Source of the DNA: an uncultured Planctomycetota bacterium
Lineage (GTDB): Bacteria; Planctomycetota; Planctomycetia; Isosphaerales; Isosphaeraceae
Reading direction: 5' to 3'
DNA length: 64,000 bases
Assembly: GCA_963845755.1 (NCBI GenBank)
Contig: CAWJTV010000005.1
Coordinates: 448,001 to 512,000, forward strand
A program made the translations under genes and the position numbers. Below are positions 48,854 to 59,633 of this stretch, in pieces. Position 1 is the stretch's first letter. Every line of letters begins with the position of its first letter. Below the pieces are notes generated by a model that ran no database searches, was not told the DNA's origin, and saw nothing but the letters and a program-made list of their open reading frames with translations.

Positions 48854-48929
48854 CGAGGAGCTGATCGCCAAGATGTTCGCCAACCTGGCGGCCCACGGCA
48901 TGACGCTCCAAGACCGGGCCGGGTGATTG
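48854..48929 (+). repeat. 76-bp direct repeat, copy 1
   Basis: 74/76 identical to 51169-51244 by manual comparison. Confidence 0.9.
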
Positions 48930-49037
48930 ATGAACTCGCCCCAGGGATGGGGCATCGCTTTCGGCGAATGCCCCCGTTTCGGCTCCCTGTGGCGATGCCC
49001 GCCCTCCGGGAATCAATGGGCGATCCACACGGCACCC

Positions 49038-50901
49038 CTACTCCCGCCGCTCCAAGGCATCGATGACCCGGTCGAGCTTCCGCTCGACCTCGCCCAGGCG
49101 ACGCTCCAGGTCGCGGAGCGGCGCGCGGTCCTTGGCCCCCTCCTCTCCCCGCGGGGCACCGTCATCGGAGGGCTGGGCCCGGACGACGGATGGGTGCTGC
49201 CCCGTACCTCGGGATCCCTCCGATGGTTCTCGTGGTGCCATCGGTCCCCGAACTGAGCCGTCAGGGGCGACCTCTCGCTTGGCATGAACAACGAGGCGGT
49301 CACCGGGCATGAGTTGATAATTGTTGGTGGGGTCGCCGCTGTCGGTGATGGCGGCCAGGTAGACCGGCAGGACTTGCTCGCAGCAGGCGCCGGGGCGCCG
49401 GCCGGACCAGGCGGATGTCCTGGAGCGGGGCCGCGGGCAGCAACACGCCGGCAGCTTTCAGCGCGTCGAGCACGGTGTCGTTGCCGGCGAACGGGAACCG
49501 GCCCGGGTGCCGGACATCACCGAGGACGTAGTAGTTCTTGCTGTTGTGGCCAGTCACGTCCACGATCACCCGATCGGACTCTCTGGGCTGCTTGCGGAGC
49601 AGCTGGCTGGTCTTATCCCGCTTGTAGTCGCCGGTCGCGCGATCGCGCTCCAGCAACCCCAGGACTTCGTCGTTGAGGTACTTGCGCAGGTGAAGGATGA
49701 TCTTCTCCTTGACCTCGGGGATCGTGAGCCCGGTGACATAGACCTCGCCGTAGAAGCCCAGAGAGATCTTCCCGTCGGGTCGGACGAGGCGCTCTCCCGA
49801 GATCGGCCGACCGGGCAATGCTTCGAGGACATCGACCCGAATCAGGTCGGGCGGCTCGATCACGTAACCGTCCCGGGATGAGAGCGGCGGTCGTGTTTTC
49901 CGGTGGGCGTCGAGGGTCCCCGTGGCGGAGGCCGATGCCCTTCTCGGCTCAGCTTGCGGCTCGCGGGTTGTGACCGCTGCGGGCCGGTCCGAGCCGGCTT
50001 GTGGCGCCGCCACGATCGCCCCGAAGGTACCCATCCCGATCAGCGACAGGTAAAGCGCCGTCGTCTTCAACTTCGTCATCACCATCCTCCCGAACACATC
50101 CTGGACCAGATTGGCGACGGACACCGACACGGCGCCGGCCGTCGCGGGACCTCCACCCGCCGCACTGCACGACACGGCCTTGACCGTCGCGGCCACCCAT
50201 GAGTCGGGCACGGCGGCCGGACGCGGCACGAGCGACGCGACATCGAAGCCCGATGCCGCGAGGCTGGCCATCGGGCCGACCCCGCGGCGTGTCAATCGCT
50301 CCCGCAATCGGTCGCGCGCCCGAGCCAGCCGGCTGCGCACCGTCCCCAGCGGCCAGCCGAGCTGCGCCGCGGCCTGCTCCTGCGTCAATCCTTCCCAGTA
50401 GCAGAGCACCAGGGCCGAACGGTACGTCTCCGGCAGCCGTCGCACCTCCTCCTGTATGATCAAGCCGAGCTCCGGCAGATCGGTCTCGGCGTCCTCGTGC
50501 GCGCCGAGGGTCGATTCGGCCGCCGCGGCCCCGCGGCGCTCGACGGCCCGCCGCCGGGCGGCCGCGACTCGCGCCCGCGCCGCCACCCGGCAGGCCACAC
50601 CGAAGAGCCAGCCCTCGACCGAGTCGCGCCGGCGGATCGAGCCGCATCGCCGGGCCAGGACCAGGAAGGTCGCCTGGAAGGCGTCCTCGGCGTCGTTCCA
50701 GTCCTTGAGCACGTTGCGGCAAACGCGCAACACCATCGGCCCGTGCCGACGCACCAGGGCCTCGAACGCCGCCTCAGACGATCGGTCGCGTGCCACGGCG
50801 AACCGATCGAGCAGTTGCCCGTCGGTCAGGCCGGCCACGGTCCCCGCATCGAACAGCGTCTGGATGTCTCGTAAGAGCCTAGTCGAAGGGCCACCGACCA
50901 T
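49038..50901 (-). CDS. ECF57-like sigma factor with TM helix and C-terminal polysaccharide export (Wza/Poly_export-SLBB-like) domain; frameshift near 49395
   Basis: [49 protein letters not shown]; then [52 protein letters not shown]. Confidence 0.88.
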
Positions 50902-51168
50902 CTCCCGCTCCTCCCTGACTGGGATCCGGCCACCGAGAGTCCAATGTAGTGCCGCGAACCCGCACGGACTATCCCGGATTCTGGAGAAAAAACCGGAGGG
51001 GGACCCGATCGGGACATAGGACCAGGCCAGGACATTACGCATATCGTGGGGCCAAACCAGCAGATACGCGCGTATCGAGGGGACGAAACGGGGACAAGGG
51101 ACCACGGGGAGATGGGAAATATCAGCCAATCGAACGCTGTGTCTCTCTCCGGTCCCCATCGTGTTCAC

Positions 51169-51244
51169 CGAGGAGCTGATCGCCAGGATGTTCGCCAATC
51201 TGGCGGCCCACGGCATGACGCTCCAAGACCGGGCCGGGTGATTG
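51169..51244 (+). repeat. 76-bp direct repeat, copy 2
   Basis: See copy 1; both copies translate as EELIA(K/R)MFANLAAHGMTLQDRAG*. Confidence 0.9.
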
Positions 51245-51489
51245 GATGGACTCGGCCATAGGGATGGGATATGGTCAACAGAATTATTATGTGTAAATTC
51301 GACGAACCGCGACCTTCTCGGCCGGTTCGTTGCCCGTCGTCCTGAGCCGGGACGGATTGGCCTCCTGCCTTCGCCCGGTGGCCCGTTCGGTGCGATGCCC
51401 GACCGGCCTGAGATGACGGGGGCCCCGGGGACGTGCTCTTCACGGCAGGTCACCGAGGCTACACGACGGATACGGCGACGTAGGACCAC

Positions 51490-51735
51490 TCAGTCCTGAG
51501 CGGGGGCCGACTCGGCAGGGGTCGCTGCTGCAGGATCGGCTGCCGGCGGCGGCCAACGATTCGGGAGGAGCTCCGCCAAACGCTCTTTCGGAAGGCCCGG
51601 CAACCGTCCGGGCACGTCGCGTAGCTCGACGAACGGGTCGTGGCCGTGACGCCGGCAACTCGACACCATGCTGAAGCGGATCGCCATCGTCTTTCCGCCC
51701 TCCTCGCTCCCCGTGAACAGCCGGTTCTTGCTTAA
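51490..51735 (-). pseudogene. IS66 transposase (TnpC) C-terminal remnant
   Basis: KNRLFTGSEEGG.....FSMVSSCRRHG.DPF..LRDV..RL......ELLP..W. Confidence 0.8.
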
Positions 51736-52154
51736 TGCCGAGCTCGGTATTGCAGGAGGGATTTGTCGGTTGGCTAGCGCAGTCAAACAGGCGCCCGCCG
51801 TTGGCGGGCGAGGCGGGTCAAGCGGACGCGAGTCATGGTTCAAGCCGATGCGTTCTCCCCATCGCCGCCCAACTCAGAAAGTGGGCCTGCGTATCCGTTC
51901 CCCTCGGGTCCCGCATCGACTAGCGAATCCCATCCCCGCCTCACGCGGCGCTGCTACCGCGCCCATCGGGTGCGTACGTTCGACGTGCGGTGGCCGGACG
52001 TATAACGGCCGACAGCGATGGGAGGCCCGCTGTCCGGTCCGATCGGGCTCGGGTGTGGCGAAATGGTGTCAGATGACAGGGCGCCGCTCGGACGAGTGAC
52101 GGCCGGGCTGAAGTGCCTAGCGCCCACGCGACCCCTACTTCACGTGATCCTCGC

Positions 52155-52320
52155 GGAAGTCCGATAGCTCCGCCCTCGGTTCTACCCCCAGCACGACCCG
52201 GACCGGGCAAGATTAACGTTAGGCGGGCCGGCCGGAATCAATCGGGCCAAGTCGAAGCCCAATGCCGCCTTCGAGGCGTTGTTACTTCGGCCATCGCTCG
52301 CCTGCGCGATGGCCGACGGG
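52155..52320 (+). repeat. Diverged non-coding repeat, copy 1 (homologous to 56975-57226)
   Basis: Shared ggaagtccgatagctc..gattaacgtta..ggcgggccggccggaatcaa..gtcgaagcccaa..cttcgaggcgt..gcgatggccgacggg. Confidence 0.85.
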
Positions 52321-52353
52321 CGACGAGGTGAATCGCTCGCACCAGGCCGAGGC

Positions 52354-52779
52354 TCACAGGTCTTCAACGTCGCTCGAGTAGTAACACCAGCCCCGCTGGT
52401 ACCAGACCGCCCAGACCAGGTGTTCGATATCGTCGGTTTCCAAGTCGACCTCGAACCTCGCGACGAACGGCCACTTCGTGGGCCTGTCTGGATCACTGGG
52501 CAACGACTCGATCTCCGGATCGCCGAAGAGCAGCCAGCATCGATCGTCCTTCGCAGCATCGACGGCGTAGATGACGTCGGCGATATTCACCTCGATCTGA
52601 GTCGAGCCCTGCTTCAAGTGATCCGCCATCTTGCCGCGCGGCTTCGAGCCGGGTCGGACCCCGGGCGATCGACTCGCCGGATCCTGGCCGGGAGCCTGGG
52701 ACTTCGCCGCTGCGTGACCCCCGGGTTTGGATACCGGCCGACAGGCTGCCAAGAGAATCCGCTGATGCGGCGTCAACAT
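52354..52779 (-). CDS. Hypothetical protein (start uncertain)
   Basis: The C-terminal 90 aa or so have globular, acidic/aromatic composition (MADHLKQG...WCYYSSDVEDL). Confidence 0.5.
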   Translation of the reverse strand: MLTPHQRILLAACRPVSKPGGHAAAKSQAPGQDPASRSPGVRPGSKPRGKMADHLKQGSTQIEVNIADVIYAVDAAKDDRCWLLFGDPEIESLPSDPDRPTKWPFVARFEVDLETDDIEHLVWAVWYQRGWCYYSSDVEDL

Positions 52780-53317
52780 CGATCATCTCCTCCGGCTTAC
52801 TTTGGTTTCACCAGGACATTCGGAAGGAATCGGACGCTCCGAGTGCGTCGTCGAGCGCGCATTGAAGTCCGGGCGACCACTCTCACCACCCACGCGACTC
52901 GACCCTGGCCATCCTTCGGAAACCGCACATCTGCTACAAGCGGAGTTTGTGAAAAAGTCATCGCACTCGCCTTGCCGGTCGACGGCATCCGTGAAGTGAG
53001 GAGGCCGATCGGCGAAATCCAACCGGTCGACCACGACGAACCGCTGGTCGCCGCGTTCGCGCGATCGAAATCCTGCGCTTGCCCTCGACTTCGCTGACGA
53101 TGACCCGCTTCGATTGGCCGTCGAGGTGAAACAGGGCGAGGCCGCCGAGTGTTGGCCAGGACGACCGTCGCCGGGGCGGCAGCCGGAGAGGGGCCGGCGA
53201 GGGCGGTCACGATCGTCGCTGCCGGCAGAAACCCGACTTCGTGGGTTTCCAGGGCCAGCGGCGGCTGGGACCGCCCCAGGCGGCCCCCGCGTTGCACGGG
53301 ATTGGGGTCCCTTCAAT

Positions 53318-53843
53318 CTACGGTAGTATGCCGGCCCATCGCTTGAGTGACTCGAGGGCCGCCCGGACCTGGGCCCGGGCTGAACGGAGCCGATCGTCGT
53401 GGTCCCGGCCCATGCCCATCCGGAAGGCCGGGAAGGCGACCGGCAGCTTGGCCGCTGGACCTGGCTTTTCCCGAAGGCGAGGCACCGCGGTATCGACGGC
53501 GGCACGGACGGCGATCCTCGCCTTGTCGTCGCCGGTTCCGGGGTCCGCCGGCCGATACGACCGCGACGATGCCGCGCGGCCCGGCCGATGGGTCGAGCGA
53601 CGGCCAGAATGTCTCGCCGACAAAGCAATCTCCGCCGCGAGTCCGCGTGAGCCCGCCGGACCAGGCGGCGACGGCCGGCACGTGATCCCGGAAGGAGGCG
53701 TACGGGGCACCGTCTCCGGAGAGATGGGTGCTGGTCGAGTAGGCGTCGGCATGGGCGGTTAGCAGGGCGATGTCGCCGCGCGCGATGAAGCGAAGACCAT
53801 CCAATCCAGGGCCTCGACCGTGGAAAGTTGATGGCATCTCCAT
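53318..53843 (-). pseudogene. Degraded macrodomain-like gene
   Basis: FIARGDIALL..AYSTST.LSGDG in one frame and VAFPAFRMGMG in the next resemble the macrodomain GDI and AFPAIxTG motifs. Confidence 0.4.
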
Positions 53844-54498
53844 CGAGTGAGTCGAGTTCGCCCCAGTCTGGTCGATCGGCACGCGACGGTCGAGGGTCGG
53901 GGCGGCCCACCTAAAAATTGCCGAAGCCGCGTCACGGATCGCCTCCCGGGTTGTATTTCCGAATGCGTCCGTAACCCGATCCTTACGAGGTCGCTGACTT
54001 TGTGCTCAAGCGAGGCGAGAACCAGCCCTTTGACACGAAGCTGAAGGCGTCCATAACTTCCGGAGGGGCGAGCGATTTGCACTCTGCACCTGAGATAGGA
54101 CATGCCCGAGCCGATCCCACGGTTTGCGGCCGAAGAGATGGGCTGACCGGGGCTGAGCGTCAAGCCCACCGTCCGGAGATTAGCTCTCCGGGCGCCCCGA
54201 CGTCGATCTGACGAAGTCATTGCATACTCGAGCAACGCGGCCGCCAGGATCATCCGATCTTGAAGGCCAACGAAGTCGCCGGCGCAATGCCGTGGCGGCT
54301 CCGGTGCGGTCCGGGCTATCCGAGAATCCGTACCGGCAGACTCGAGCCGACCCTGCTCCGCAGGAGCTCCGGCTATCCCTTATCGGGCGGGCCACGACGG
54401 ATCCGCCGAGCCGCCGACAGGAAGGTCACCTCTGCGGCTTTTCTCAGTTTCTCGGTTTTTCGAACGTGAGAATGTGAGAAAGAAAGGGCAACCAGGCT

Positions 54499-55455
54499 AT
54501 GACTTTCGATCAGGTACACTACGACGATCTGATGAGCAAGCTCTCGGTGATCCGGGACCGCGTACGGGCCGTCCATTACCGCCAGAGCACCGGCCTCTAC
54601 CTCTATGGACGACCCGGAACCAGCAAGACCCACACGGTCAGGACGACCCTGGAAGACATGGCCGCTCCGCACAGATGGCACTCCGGCCACCTCACTCCGA
54701 TCGGCCTGTTCGAGATGATCGCTGAGAATCGGGACCGTGTGATCGTCCTGGACGATGTGACCAGCATCTTCAACCAGCCGGCCGCCCTGGAGATCTTGCT
54801 GTCGGCCCTCGCGCGCCGTCCCAAAGTGTCCGGCGCCCGCGTCATCCCCTACAAGACCGCCCGCCACGAACGTACGGTCCATTTCACCGGCGGGATCATC
54901 GCGATCTCGAACCTGGCCCTCGTCGGGCATCAGGCCCAGATCCTGGCGGCAGTCCGGGACCGGGTCAATGTGATCCATTACGAGCCGACCGACGAACATA
55001 TCCTCGCGTTCATCGAAAGGATCGCCGACGAAGGGACCGCCGACATCTCGCGCGGGGAGTGCTGCATGGTGGCGAATTACCTCCGGCAGGAGTGCCTGCG
55101 GCGCGAGATCCGGCCCTCCGTCCGGCTCTTCGTGGACAAGGCGATCCCGGATTACGCCTTGTGGAAGTCGGGAAGGTCCGAGACCCACTGGCGCGACCTG
55201 ATCGCCTCGGAGCTCGAGCAGCGGCTGGTCGAGATCCAGCATCCGCAGCGCGACCTGACCCGGACCGAGCGGACCGAGGCCGAGCGCCGGGTCGCCCTGG
55301 ATATCATCCTGAGCTACCCGACCCGGAAGGAGCGCATGGAGCAATGGCAGGACGCCACCCGAACTCGGTTCGGGCGAGCGAAGTCGCAGGCGGCGTTCTA
55401 CCGCCGGATGTCTGAGTTGAGAGAATCGGGGCAACTCTCCGGAGTGGCCTCCTGA
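54499..55455 (+). CDS. P-loop NTPase (AAA+/SF3-like) with possible C-terminal HTH; candidate replication protein
   Basis: Walker A variant GLYLYGRPGTSKT, Walker B VIVLDD, GIIAISN (sensor-1/motif C), C-terminal SQAAFYRR; intact ORF. Confidence 0.75.
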   Translation: MTFDQVHYDDLMSKLSVIRDRVRAVHYRQSTGLYLYGRPGTSKTHTVRTTLEDMAAPHRWHSGHLTPIGLFEMIAENRDRVIVLDDVTSIFNQPAALEILLSALARRPKVSGARVIPYKTARHERTVHFTGGIIAISNLALVGHQAQILAAVRDRVNVIHYEPTDEHILAFIERIADEGTADISRGECCMVANYLRQECLRREIRPSVRLFVDKAIPDYALWKSGRSETHWRDLIASELEQRLVEIQHPQRDLTRTERTEAERRVALDIILSYPTRKERMEQWQDATRTRFGRAKSQAAFYRRMSELRESGQLSGVAS

Positions 55456-56974
55456 CAATCCGAAGCGACGTGGGCGAGTCGGGAAGACGCCCGACTCGTT
55501 CGCCGTCGCAACGGTGATGTTGATCGTCGACGCGCTTTCGGCGCGGCGTCCGGACGGCCGGGGATGGTGGCCTGCCGCCGGACCTTCGCCGAATGCGCGA
55601 CGATCAGGTCTGCGCAACCGGGGAGGGAGGCCCTCGGGTAGCGGCCCCGGATCGGCCAAGACCGGCCAGGCGAGGCGACTACCCCATTTCGTCTTACGGG
55701 GCGGCCAGCATAGACGGGAACAGGACGGCTGCAATCCGCAGCAGGGACTGGAATGCCGGCACGGTTGAGGAACTTGGTGGGAAGTGCGGAGTCGGTACCG
55801 GCCGACACCGTCGAACGTTGGGGGAGACAGCCCGGTCTTTCCAGCAATGACGATTTCGTTCCTCAGCGATCGGCCCGATATCATCCGGACGCCGGCCGAG
55901 CACGTCCCGAGACTTGTTGAGCGATGTCACGGCCTGAGCGAGTTTTCCCTTTCCCGGAGGCCGGGCTGGCTTTCCGAGTCGAATTGGGCCGGCAACGTCC
56001 CGTAGGCATGACGATCACGTCGCGCGACCAGACAGGTTCCAGGCATGGTCGGTTTCGCCAACCGTCCGGAAGTTCGCCGTCCCGTTTAGCGGACGCCGCC
56101 TGAGGTGGATCATCGGGGCGGCCCCATCGAGCCACACCGCCCGGTCGGCGAGAGCTACCCTGGGACCCTCAGGCGGCGGCCGCGGTGCATAGCTGGTCGC
56201 GGCCCAGCACGGACGTCGCAGCTCGGATTGGCGTCCCGTCGGTTCCAGGCCGATGTTCCTGCACCCCACCACCCGGCTGGATGCCCTCGACTACACATCC
56301 CGACGGCAAGGCGCGGAACTCAAGCCCAATCCACAGATGGGACGTCTGGGGAAACCACCCGGATGGTCGCCCGGCGCGCCCTGTGAATCCGCCGAGTCAC
56401 GGTGCCGGCCACGAGCACCAGCGACGGCCCAGGAGTCGGGTGACTGACGCGTAAAGATCGGGACCGCTGCGGTTGGGGCCAGGAAGAGAATGTGTTGAAC
56501 ACCGAACCGCCGCCAGAGAGTCGTCAAAGGCCGCCCAAGGGAGAGGTCGACCATATCGTGGTCTCTCCGCAGCGGTCGAAACGACTCCTGGGCGGCGGCC
56601 CTGGGAGTCCTGTGCGATGGGTTGGCACAGGCCGGTTGACGAGCCTCCTCGCAAGGCGCACGTGGATTGACGGGTCAGCGGGCCAGGCCGGACCAGCCCG
56701 GAACAAAACGGTGCGGGACGCCCGGAACTGGCTTCGGCACCGTCAGGCCGATCGGCGGCTTCACGGCCTGGCGAATCGAGCGTTCGATCGGAGGGCCGGC
56801 CACATGACCTCGAGGGACCTGGGAGCACTCGCCGCGCCTGGCCTTGCCACGAGACTCCAGTGGCCTCTGGAGGATGCCGATCCCGGTCAACCCGTGGCCG
56901 GTGAGATCGTCGGACCGGGTCTCGACCCCGACGACCCGCCGACGCCAGGGTCGGATCGTCGCCTTTCGGTGGTT

Positions 56975-57226
56975 GGAAGTCCGATAGCTCGGCCCTCGAC
57001 TCCACACCCAGGACGACCCGGAGCGGTGCCGATTAACGTTAATCGAGCTCGAGGCGGGCTGGCTTCCTGTGCTTTCGGTCCACGCGACCATGATTCCGGA
57101 GTGCCGATTAGCGTTAATCGCCGTCGAGGCGGGCCGGCCGGAATCAACCGAGCCACGTCGAAGCCCAAGGCCATCTTCGAGGCGTCGTTACGTCGGCCAA
57201 CGCTCGCCCGTGCGATGGCCGACGGG
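56975..57226 (+). repeat. Diverged non-coding repeat, copy 2, with internal duplication and the palindrome CGATTAACGTTAATCG (57030-57045)
   Basis: Direct comparison with 52155-52320; the palindromic unit recurs at about 57096-57134. Confidence 0.85.
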
Positions 57227-58445
57227 ACCTCGAATATCCGGCCGATTCGCCCTGAGTCCGCACATTCCTTGGCCCCGTCGAATCACGTCGGTGCCCCTCC
57301 GCCGCCGCGTCGGTGCGCGTGCAGTTGGGTTACCAACGGGGCAACAGGCTGTGGTCGCGCCGAGTTGGCCGTTGATTTACCGCCACGGCACTCGAGCGCT
57401 CCGCACATCTCTATTTTGTCTCGTTAGATCGCGTGAGGGCTGCCGCAAATTCGAGTTGGGCACCGTCCCGCGGCCAACCCATCGTCGACGCTGCTTTGCG
57501 ACCACCCGGCCATGCAGCCAAATTATCGCTCCGGGAGAGAGGAAACCGGGATCGGGCCGCGACACAACGCGCGTAGGCCGCGGCGCCGGCGGTTGGCCCT
57601 CAACCGATGTGGAATCCGGGACTCCCCGGAATTGAGGTCGCGGCTGCAGGCCGGGTCCCTATGAAGGCCGGCCCGACGCCGACCTCAACGGCTCGCGTGG
57701 GCCTCACTCGGACCGCGGAGCCGCCGGCAATCCGGCGAGTCCGGGGTGGCGGCCGACGGCGTCGCCGCCGAACCGGTGGCCCGCAAGCCGATCGCGACCC
57801 TGACGGAGCTGTTCCGGGGAATTGCTGGCGCGGCGGGAGGCCTTCCACGGTTGGAACCCGTGAATCCTGCCCGCCGCGACCTGAAGTCAGCGCGACAGCA
57901 TGCGATGACTACCCAGTCCGACTCCGAACAGGATGAGAACTCGCCGACGGACGGGTCTACACGCGTGGCCGGGTCTGGCTCGGCTGACCCCGCCTCGCCG
58001 GGCATGGCCGATGCGACCCGGCTGGCCCTGCCGCGAAGAAGCCGGCGGCTGTCGTTACCAACGTCCGTCCCCATGGTGCTCCCTGTTCCCACGGTCCCTC
58101 AGGTGGTCCGACCCGGCAGTGCATCGAGGTGGTCCTGGTCGGCATAGATCCAAAGGTAAAGCGGCGTGTTGATGTCAACCAGCGTCGGATCGTAATACGG
58201 CTCGCCCGGCGCGGCCAACCGGCCGACGAGGCGAACCAATCCCTGGTCCGGCGGCACCGCGTACCGAGCGCCGATCTCGCGGAAGTGGGATGCCCGCGGT
58301 TGTCGCATTCGTGTCGCTGCCCAAATGCTATGGGCCGACTCTCGAACCGGAGGAGTTACCGGCGCGCCGAGCCGCCAGATCTTCGTATCGCGCTCGGCCG
58401 AGGATGGGCTACCCTGGATTCCCACGGAGGCAGGTTGGATTAACC

Positions 58446-58496
58446 TTAATACTTTCTAAATCCACGGCCAGAGGCCGTGGATTTAGAAAGTATTAA
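58446..58496. repeat. Perfect 24-bp inverted repeat with a 3-nt loop
   Basis: TTAATACTTTCTAAATCCACGGCC-AGA-GGCCGTGGATTTAGAAAGTATTAA. Confidence 0.95.
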
Positions 58497-59278
58497 ATGT
58501 TTCGAGGCCTGCTCAACGTTCACTCGCGTTACGCCCTGCCTGATCGCCGGACCACCTTGTGGCCCGTTGTCTCGAAGGCTCCGACGGTTTCGTTACCTCC
58601 ACCGCCGCTCCGATAGCTTCCGGCTGGAGCGACCCAGTTGCCGGGGGGCATGGTTACCCCTGGAAATCCGAAACCTTTTCACGGCGCACACTGACACCCG
58701 TTGATCGCACGGCGTCGGTGGATTCATCGAGCTTGCCGGCGATGTCGATCCGGCGCATGGCCGGCCGCACCATGGGTGCCCGTCACGACCGGGAGCGGCG
58801 TCGCGGCCCCCTGGCCGTGCTTCGATCGGATCCTCTACGTTAGGGGAACTTTCCAAACTCTGGGCCCTGGATTCCGGCCCGAGACGTCGAACCCCGGCAC
58901 GTCCAATCCGCCGGCCGTCTTGGGCTCCATCGGTGGTTCCTGGATCCCGGCACCCCCTGGGTCTACATCGACCGGACCCCAGTTCGGGTCGTGCGGCGGA
59001 TGGCCGGCGGCCCGATTCGGCGGCGTCCATCGAGCTCGTCCTGGGCACCGTCCGCCTAAATGCCGCGTGCCGCCGTCGATCCTGGTCGCATTCGAGACAG
59101 GTTTCGGGGTCCGATTCGGCCGGCGCGAGCACCGCGGGACAAGGCGTGACGTCGAGGAATCCTGCCCGATCCACAATGCTCAAATCGGCCGGCGACGGCC
59201 GGGGCACACGACACGTGTCACCGATCGCCGCCATCGGCCGCGATCTCATCGGCTTGGCCCATTACCCCGGCCCCTGGC

Positions 59279-59633
59279 TCAAACCGAATCCTCGGTCCGG
59301 GGTTCCCAGATCCGCAACGTGACGAACTTTATCGGTGGGAGCCGTCGCCGAAGATCCCGAATGAATTCCTCGCCGAAGAGCTCCTGGAGGTTGGTGAGCG
59401 TCGGCCGGCACTGGTCCGTTTCCCGGCGCGTCGCCTTCAATCGTCCAGGTTCGATTTCGCCCCCCTTCTCGAGGCGATCGAGGATGCTGCGTCGAAGTTC
59501 TGCGCGTTCCCTGTCAATCTGCTCGAGCCGTTGATTCAATTCGTCCAGCACCTTCAGTTCTTCCTGACTGATCTCGTAAGTCTCGGCCGCGGCCTCATGC
59601 AGGGAAAGAGACGCTGTGCCGTCCGGTTGCCAT
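59279..59633 (-). CDS. Small coiled-coil hypothetical protein (start uncertain)
   Basis: YEISQEELKVLDELNQRLEQIDRERAELRRSILDRLEKGGEIEPG; protein-like composition. Confidence 0.6.

Noticed and set aside
55500..58430. Numerous Arg/Pro-rich ORFs inside the element
   Set aside because: Composition typical of non-coding GC-rich DNA; no domain signal. 58099-58425 may be a remnant but cannot be supported.
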